From: Vulcanimicrobiota bacterium
GTDB lineage: Bacteria; Vulcanimicrobiota; Vulcanimicrobiia; Vulcanimicrobiales; Vulcanimicrobiaceae
Direction: 5' to 3'
Assembly: GCA_963723515.1 (NCBI GenBank)
Contig: CAVRQT010000001.1
Location: 32,001-96,000 of the forward strand
Length of the DNA stretch: 64,000 nucleotides
Shown: positions 57,958 through 64,000 of the stretch, piece after piece
Layout of the letters: every line of letters begins with the position of its first letter
Numbering within the stretch: position 1 is the first letter of the stretch
Notes under the pieces: generated by a model
Told to the model about the DNA's origin: nothing
Seen by the model: only the letters and a program-made list of their open reading frames with translations
Database searches by the model: none
Position numbers and translations under genes: made by a program

Positions 57958-59781
57958 ATGGCTCCGTATCAAGCGCCTCTGCGTGACATGCAGTTTGCGT
58001 TGCGCGAGCTTGCCGGTCTCGATCAGATCGTTGCGCTGCCGGAGTTTGAAGACAGTGGCGACGTCGTTGATGCGATCCTCGAGGAGGCGGCGACCTTTGC
58101 GAGCGAGGTGCTCGATCCGCTCAACCAATCCGGCGATAAGGAAGGGTGCACGTGGAACGCCGGTGAGGTAACGACCCCCAGCGGCTTCAAAGATGCGTAT
58201 GCGCGCTTCGCTCAATCGGGTTGGATTGGACTGCCCGTCCCATCCGAATACGGCGGACAAGGTTTACCGCAGTTGCTGCTCGGTCCGACGCTCGAGATGT
58301 GGAACGCCGCCAACGTCGGCTTCGCGAACGGACCGCTGCTCAATCAAGGCGCGATCGAAGCGATCGAGTTGGCCGGCTCCTCGCAACAGAAGGAACGCTA
58401 CATTCCGAAGCTTGTTTCGGGCGCATGGATGGGCACGATGTGTTTAACGGAGCCGCAAGCCGGGTCTGATTTGGCCGCGGTGCGCACCAAAGCGGTTCCG
58501 CAAAACGACCACTATCTGATCAGTGGTCAGAAGATCTTCATCACCTTCGGCGAGCACGACCTGGCGGAGAACATCGTGCATTTGGTGCTCGCGCGCCTGC
58601 CCGACGCGCCGGAAGGCACAAAGGGCATCTCGATGTTCATCGTCCCGAAATACGTCCCGAACGCCGATGGTTCGCTTGGAGAGCGCAACGACGTCTATTG
58701 CGCCGGCATCGAGCATAAGATGGGACTCAACGCGAATCCGACGTGCACGCTCAACTACGGGGAGCGCAAGGGCGGCGCCGTCGGCTATCTTGTCGGCGAG
58801 CCTAATCGCGGGCTGGAGTACATGTTCGTCATGATGAACGCGGCACGTTTTTCGGTCGGCGTTCAAGGCTACGCGATCGCGGACCGAGCGTACCAGCGCG
58901 CGCTCGAGTATGCCAAAGAACGCGTGCAAAGCCGCGACGTCGCATCAAGCAGTTATCAGGCGGTTCGCATTATCGAACATCCGGACGTGCGTCGAATGTT
59001 GATGACGATGAAAGCCCAAGTTGAGGCGATGCGCGCGCTCTCATACGTCGCAGCGGCGGCGCTCGATCTTTCGAACCGTCACCCCGACGCAGCGGTGCGC
59101 AAAGAGCGTAAAGCGTTCGTCGAGTTGATGATTCCGGTCGTCAAAGGTTGGTGCACGGAAACGGCCCAAGAAGTCACCTCAACGGCTCTGCAAGTTTTCG
59201 GCGGCATGGGCTACATCGAAGAGACGGGTGTCGCGCAGCAGTATCGTGACGTTCGGATCACAACAATCTATGAAGGCACGACGGGCATTCAGGCGCTCGA
59301 TCTGGTCGGCAGAAAATTGCTCCGCGACATGGGTGGAACGGCGACCGCGGTCATCGCAGAGATGAAGGCCTTCGCCGAAGCGCTCGATGGCACGCACGAC
59401 GCGGATCTCAAAGCGATTGCAACGTCCGTTCGCAACGGTGTCGGCATTTTGGCGGAAGTTTCGCAATGGATCGGCATGAATGCGATGGGGGATTTGCGCA
59501 AAGCCTTCGCCTGCTCCGTGCCCTATCTGCGGCTTTGGGGAATCGTGGCCGGGGGCTGGCAGATGGCGCGCGCGGCTCAGATTGCACGATCAAAGATCGA
59601 TGCGAACGATCCGGAGAGCGATTTTTATCGCGCGAAGCTGACGACCGCACGTTTTTACGCCGACCACATCTTAACGCAAGCCGCTTCTTTGCGTGCGCAA
59701 ATCGTCGACGGCTCAGCGGACGTCATGGCGATGCCTGAAGCGCACTTCGACCTGGATCGTACGACGGCCGCGCTCGTCTAA
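57958..59781 (+). CDS. Acyl-CoA dehydrogenase (long form)
   Basis: EYGGQG; GTMCLTEPQAGSDL; GQKIFIT; EHKMG; QVFGGMG; IYEGTTGIQALDL. Confidence 0.95.
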   Translation: MAPYQAPLRDMQFALRELAGLDQIVALPEFEDSGDVVDAILEEAATFASEVLDPLNQSGDKEGCTWNAGEVTTPSGFKDAYARFAQSGWIGLPVPSEYGGQGLPQLLLGPTLEMWNAANVGFANGPLLNQGAIEAIELAGSSQQKERYIPKLVSGAWMGTMCLTEPQAGSDLAAVRTKAVPQNDHYLISGQKIFITFGEHDLAENIVHLVLARLPDAPEGTKGISMFIVPKYVPNADGSLGERNDVYCAGIEHKMGLNANPTCTLNYGERKGGAVGYLVGEPNRGLEYMFVMMNAARFSVGVQGYAIADRAYQRALEYAKERVQSRDVASSSYQAVRIIEHPDVRRMLMTMKAQVEAMRALSYVAAAALDLSNRHPDAAVRKERKAFVELMIPVVKGWCTETAQEVTSTALQVFGGMGYIEETGVAQQYRDVRITTIYEGTTGIQALDLVGRKLLRDMGGTATAVIAEMKAFAEALDGTHDADLKAIATSVRNGVGILAEVSQWIGMNAMGDLRKAFACSVPYLRLWGIVAGGWQMARAAQIARSKIDANDPESDFYRAKLTTARFYADHILTQAASLRAQIVDGSADVMAMPEAHFDLDRTTAALV

Positions 59782-59792
59782 GCCAAGGTAAC

Positions 59793-61967
59793 GTGCCCAA
59801 AATAGCGACTCGCGACCACGACGGCGTTCGAGTGCTGACACTCGACAATCCGCCGGTCAATGCATTGTCGTTTGCATTCTCAGCGATGTTGCTCGATGCG
59901 GTGAAGGCGGCCGAAGAGGATACGGCCGTTCGCGCCGTCGTCTTTGCCGGCGCAAATGGAATGTTTAGCGGCGGCGCGGACGTCAACGATTTCAACGCTC
60001 CGATCACGCCTGAGACGACTACGGTCCGGGATGTTATTGCGGCGATCGAGCTCGGACGAAAAACCTACATTGCTGCGATTGAAGGCACTGCTCTCGGCGG
60101 CGCGCTGGAAGTCGCGCTCGCCTGCGATTACCGGATCGCCGCACAGAATGCGAAGCTTGGCTTGCCGGAGATAAAACTTGGATTGATTCCGGGCGCAGGC
60201 GGAACGCAGCGCTTGCCGCGCTTGATCGGCGCACAACCCGCATTGCAGATGATGCTCAAAGGCGAGCGCGTCGATGCGGATGAGGCCCTGAGGCGCGGAA
60301 TCCTCGATGAAGTCGTTGCGCAAGACGTTGTCGATGCCGGAAGTGCGCTAGCGCGCCGCAATGTCGATGCGCATGCGCACGCAAAGCGACGCATCTCAGA
60401 GCTTCCCTCGGCGTTGCTCGGGACAGGCTCCGTTGAAATCGGCGCCGGCCCTTCGACATCGCTCAGGACAAGCGTCGCGGCCTTCGCATTGCCGTTCGTC
60501 GTCGCCGAGGCGCATAAGATGCTGCCGTCCGAAGAGCGTGGCGGTTTTGCGGCTCACAAACTCGTGGATGCGGTTCAGGCGTCGTTCGAGTTGCCGTTCC
60601 CGCGCGGCCTCGCGCGCGAGTTTCGGCTGTTCGAAGAATGCGCGCGCTCGCCGCAGTCGTTCGCACTGCGCCACCTTTTCTTCGCAGAACGGGAGCTTTC
60701 GAAGATCCCAGATTTAGAACCGGCGGAGGCTTTGCAAATCAAGACCGCCGGTGTCCTCGGTGGCGGCACGATGGGAACCGGAATTGCAATCACCTTTGCT
60801 AATGCCGGCATTCCGGTTACGGTCGTTGAGCCTGCCGAAGAACAGATCGCGCGCGCCAAGCAGATGATCTTCGGGATGTTCATGCATCAAGTGCAGCGCG
60901 GCCGGCTGACGCAAGAGGAGGCGTGGAATCGAGGCCGGACGATCGTCTTTACCGGCGATCGTGCCGCTTTGCGCGAATGCGACCTCGTGATCGAGGCCGT
61001 CTTTGAAAATCTCGACCTCAAGAAGCACGTCTTTGCGGAACTCGACGGCCTGCTTGAGCCCAATGCAATCCTCGCAACGAACACGTCGACGCTAGACATT
61101 GACGCGATGGCGGCCGTCACGAAGCGTCCGGATCGATTCTTGGGACTGCATTTCTTTGCGCCGGCGAATATCATGAAGCTGCTGGAAATCGTCCGTGGGG
61201 GCGCGACCTCGGCGCAGACGTTGACGACCGCATTGAAATTGAGCAAGACACTGCGCAAGATCGGCGTCGTCTCGGCGAACGCCTTCGGTTTCATCGGCAA
61301 TCGAATGCTCTTCGATTACGCGCGCGAGGCGGTGCGGCTCGCGGAAGAAGGCGTCGCACCGTATCGCGTGGATGCGGTCATCAGGGATTTCGGCTTTGCG
61401 ATGGGACCCTTCGCGATGTTCGACCTCTCCGGAATCGACGTTTTCCGGTACATACAACAGGCGTCGGGGCAACAGTTGGGGCGAACGGCGATTGTCGACC
61501 GGCTTTACGACGAAAAGCGGCTCGGTCAAAAAGCTGGACGCGGGTTCTATAAGTACGCGGCAGGCAGCCGCGATCCGGAACGGGATGACGACGTGGAGCG
61601 CATCTTCTCTGAGGAGGCACGCGCACTGGGCATTGCGGTGCGCGATCCGAGCGACGAAGAGATCACCAAGCGTTTGGTGTACGCGCTAATCAATCGCGGC
61701 GCCGAGTTGCTGCGCGAGGGAGTCGCGCTGCGACCTGGCGACATCGACATCGTGTACATCTATGGTTACGGCTTTCCGCCACATCACGGTGGCCCGATGT
61801 GGTACGCGGATGAAGTCGGCGTGCGCGACGTCTATGATGATGTCGTGCGTTTCGAACGTGACTTCGGAGAGCATTGGGCGCCTTCGCCGCTCTTGGCCGA
61901 GATCGCGCAATCGGGCGGCACGCTTGATACCCACGCGCCCACACGCAGAGAGCTTGCCCATGCGTGA
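59793..61967 (+). CDS. Bifunctional enoyl-CoA hydratase/3-hydroxyacyl-CoA dehydrogenase
   Basis: [52 protein letters not shown]. Confidence 0.95.
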   Translation: MPKIATRDHDGVRVLTLDNPPVNALSFAFSAMLLDAVKAAEEDTAVRAVVFAGANGMFSGGADVNDFNAPITPETTTVRDVIAAIELGRKTYIAAIEGTALGGALEVALACDYRIAAQNAKLGLPEIKLGLIPGAGGTQRLPRLIGAQPALQMMLKGERVDADEALRRGILDEVVAQDVVDAGSALARRNVDAHAHAKRRISELPSALLGTGSVEIGAGPSTSLRTSVAAFALPFVVAEAHKMLPSEERGGFAAHKLVDAVQASFELPFPRGLAREFRLFEECARSPQSFALRHLFFAERELSKIPDLEPAEALQIKTAGVLGGGTMGTGIAITFANAGIPVTVVEPAEEQIARAKQMIFGMFMHQVQRGRLTQEEAWNRGRTIVFTGDRAALRECDLVIEAVFENLDLKKHVFAELDGLLEPNAILATNTSTLDIDAMAAVTKRPDRFLGLHFFAPANIMKLLEIVRGGATSAQTLTTALKLSKTLRKIGVVSANAFGFIGNRMLFDYAREAVRLAEEGVAPYRVDAVIRDFGFAMGPFAMFDLSGIDVFRYIQQASGQQLGRTAIVDRLYDEKRLGQKAGRGFYKYAAGSRDPERDDDVERIFSEEARALGIAVRDPSDEEITKRLVYALINRGAELLREGVALRPGDIDIVYIYGYGFPPHHGGPMWYADEVGVRDVYDDVVRFERDFGEHWAPSPLLAEIAQSGGTLDTHAPTRRELAHA
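60404..60473 (-). repeat. Two tandem REP-like repeats (one decayed, one intact at 60447-60473) in frame in the fadB-like gene
   Basis: CCCTCGGCGTTGCTCGGGACAGGC and GGCCCTTCGACATCGCTCAGGACAAGC (GPSTSLRTS). Confidence 0.8.
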
Positions 61968-63177
61968 GGCCGCGGTCGTCGCCGTCGCTCGCACGCCGAT
62001 CGGACGCGCGTTTCGCGGCGCATTCAATCAAACGCACGGTGCGACGCTGGCGGGACATGTCATTAAAGCGGCGCTCGAACGCGCAAACCTGGACGGAGAA
62101 GAAGTCGAAGACGTCATTCTCGGATGTGGTCTGCCTGAAGGCGCGACCGGAAATAATTTAGGCCGCGTTGCCGCACTGCGCGCCGGTCTTCCCGTAACCG
62201 TTCCCGGCACGACGATCAATCGCTACTGTGCATCCGGCCTGCAAGCGATCTCAGTAGCTGCGCAGCGAATCATCGTTGACGGGATGCGCGTCGCGGTTGC
62301 GGGAGGTTGCGAATCGATCAGCATGGTGCAGAACGTCATGAACCTGCACGGCTTCACCGAAGAGTGGATGCTGCGCCACCAAGCCGACATCTATATGCCG
62401 ATGCTGCAGACGGCCGACGTCGTGGCGAAGAAATACGGTATCTCACGTGAAGCGCAAGATCGATACGCCCTGCAGAGTCAACAGCGAACGGCCGCGGCGC
62501 AAGTCGCCGGCAAATTCGATGATGAAACCGTGCCGCTGCAGACTTGGAAGTATCTCGAGGACAAGGAGAGCGGTACGATCAGTGAAGAGCAGGTCATGCT
62601 CTCAAAAGATGAAGGCAACCGCCCAGATACAACGCTCGAAGGCCTCTCCAAGCTCAAGGGTGTGCTCGATCCGAACTCGACCATCACGGCCGGCAATTCA
62701 TCCCAACTTTCCGATGGTGCAGCAGCGGTGGTCCTAATGGAGAGCGAGACCGCACGCACCCGCGGCCTAACGCCGCTTGGTTTCTATCGCGGGATGGTTG
62801 TACGGGGCTGTGAGCCCGGCGAGATGGGCATTGCGCCCGTTTTCGCGGTGCCGCAACTCTTGCAGCAGCATGCTCTCACGCTCGATGACATCGGTTTGTG
62901 GGAGCTCAATGAGGCGTTTGCCGTGCAGACGCTGTACTGTCGGGATCGGCTCAATATTCCGAATGAGATTTTCAACGTTGACGGCGGCGCGATCTCGATC
63001 GGCCATCCGTACGGCATGAGCGGCGCGCGTATGACCATGCATGCCCTGATCGAAGGGGCGCGTCGCAACGCAAAACATGTCATCGTGACGATGTGCATCG
63101 GCGGCGGAATGGGCGCCGCAGGCCTCTTTGAGGTGTATCGAAACGAAAAGAGCAAAAGAAGTCAAAGTGAAAAATAA
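61960..63177 (+). CDS. Acetyl-CoA C-acyltransferase (thiolase)
   Basis: [33 protein letters not shown]. Confidence 0.95.
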   Translation: MREAAVVAVARTPIGRAFRGAFNQTHGATLAGHVIKAALERANLDGEEVEDVILGCGLPEGATGNNLGRVAALRAGLPVTVPGTTINRYCASGLQAISVAAQRIIVDGMRVAVAGGCESISMVQNVMNLHGFTEEWMLRHQADIYMPMLQTADVVAKKYGISREAQDRYALQSQQRTAAAQVAGKFDDETVPLQTWKYLEDKESGTISEEQVMLSKDEGNRPDTTLEGLSKLKGVLDPNSTITAGNSSQLSDGAAAVVLMESETARTRGLTPLGFYRGMVVRGCEPGEMGIAPVFAVPQLLQQHALTLDDIGLWELNEAFAVQTLYCRDRLNIPNEIFNVDGGAISIGHPYGMSGARMTMHALIEGARRNAKHVIVTMCIGGGMGAAGLFEVYRNEKSKRSQSEK

Positions 63178-64000
63178 ATGACGATACACAAATTCTTGGC
63201 TGACGGTGCCAAAACGCGCACGGAAACCGACTCGATGGGCAAGATCGAGGTGCCCGCGGACAAATATTATGGCGCGCAAGCTGCCCGCTCGCTGATTCAC
63301 TTCAACATCGGAGACGGAGCGACAGCGCGCGACGTCATGCCGCTGCAAGTCATCAGGGCGATGGGCGTGCTCAAGAAAGCCTGTGCGCTCGTGAACAATG
63401 AACTCGGAAAGCTCGATCGGGAGAAGACGGACCTCATTGTGGCGGCGGCCGATGAAGTGATCGCCGGAAAATTGGATGCGCATTTTCCGTTGCGCGTTTG
63501 GCAAACCGGTTCGGGCACGCAGACGAACATGAACGTCAACGAAGTGATCTCGAACCGTGCGATTGAGATGGCGGGCGGAGAAATGGGTTCTAAACGCCCC
63601 ATCCATCCGAACGACGACGTCAACATGTCGCAGTCTTCGAACGACACCTTTCCGACCGCGATGCACATGGCGGCGTCGCAAGCCGTCGTCGAGATGCTTC
63701 CAGCGGTCGAGCAGCTGCGCGACGCTCTCGATGCGAAGGCGAAGCAGTGGCAACACATCGTCAAGGTCGGGCGAACGCATCTGCAAGACGCAACGCCGCT
63801 GACGCTCGGACAAGAATTCTCCGGCTACGTGACGCAACTCGACCGGGCAATCGACAGCTGCCGTGTCGCGCTCGACCGCCTCTACGATCTCGCGATCGGC
63901 GGCACGGCCGTCGGCACGGGTCTCAATGCGCATCCTGAGTTTGGCGAACGCGTTTCCAAACGCATCGCCGAGTTGACGGGCTTACCGTTCCGCTCCCATC
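63178..64000 (+). CDS. fumC: Class II fumarate hydratase (runs off the window end)
   Basis: [61 protein letters not shown]. Confidence 0.95.
   Translation, partial: MTIHKFLADGAKTRTETDSMGKIEVPADKYYGAQAARSLIHFNIGDGATARDVMPLQVIRAMGVLKKACALVNNELGKLDREKTDLIVAAADEVIAGKLDAHFPLRVWQTGSGTQTNMNVNEVISNRAIEMAGGEMGSKRPIHPNDDVNMSQSSNDTFPTAMHMAASQAVVEMLPAVEQLRDALDAKAKQWQHIVKVGRTHLQDATPLTLGQEFSGYVTQLDRAIDSCRVALDRLYDLAIGGTAVGTGLNAHPEFGERVSKRIAELTGLPFRSH

Noticed and set aside
62767..63933. 388-aa minus-strand ORF, and similar long antisense ORFs at 28867-29904 and 49132-50139
   Set aside because: Antisense shadows of fumC, hpnC and def/hslU, expected at high GC.

Overview
GC-rich (~60%) bacterial chromosome segment made mostly of core genes. 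Gene order and content suggest a Terrabacteria lineage such as Ca. Eremiobacterota (inference only). In order: miaB-mutS-mutL-miaA-hfq-dapF-radical SAM-CPA1 antiporter; two TrkA-like genes; tRNA-Pro(CGG); uvrC; tmRNA; a short accessory block with a very repetitive secreted protein; a hopanoid locus (idi-hpnC-D-E-shc-hpnH-A-G, divergent from ferritin-like-hpnK-hpnI-MFS); GerMN-amidase-murI; dxs-secG; oppD/F; a protamine-like basic protein divergent from topA-trmFO-hslVU-def-fmt-rsmB-fhaA-fhaB-PP2C-like-rodA; beta-oxidation genes; partial fumC. Several conserved genes carry small indels that look like read or assembly errors. The most notable signals are: (1) a family of ~25-nt hairpin repeats (GCYTGTSCTGAGC-N2-3-GTCGAAGS) with covarying stems that sit in frame inside four genes and nest inside each other; (2) a GGRKKS-repeat nucleoid-protein candidate sharing a promoter region with topA; (3) a 750-aa Pro/Thr/Tyr-repeat secreted protein; (4) an uncharacterised di-iron protein heading the hpnK-hpnI operon; (5) a ~170-bp MITE-like hairpin and a PP2C pseudophosphatase in the fha-rodA cluster. 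No transposase, integrase or CRISPR array is visible.
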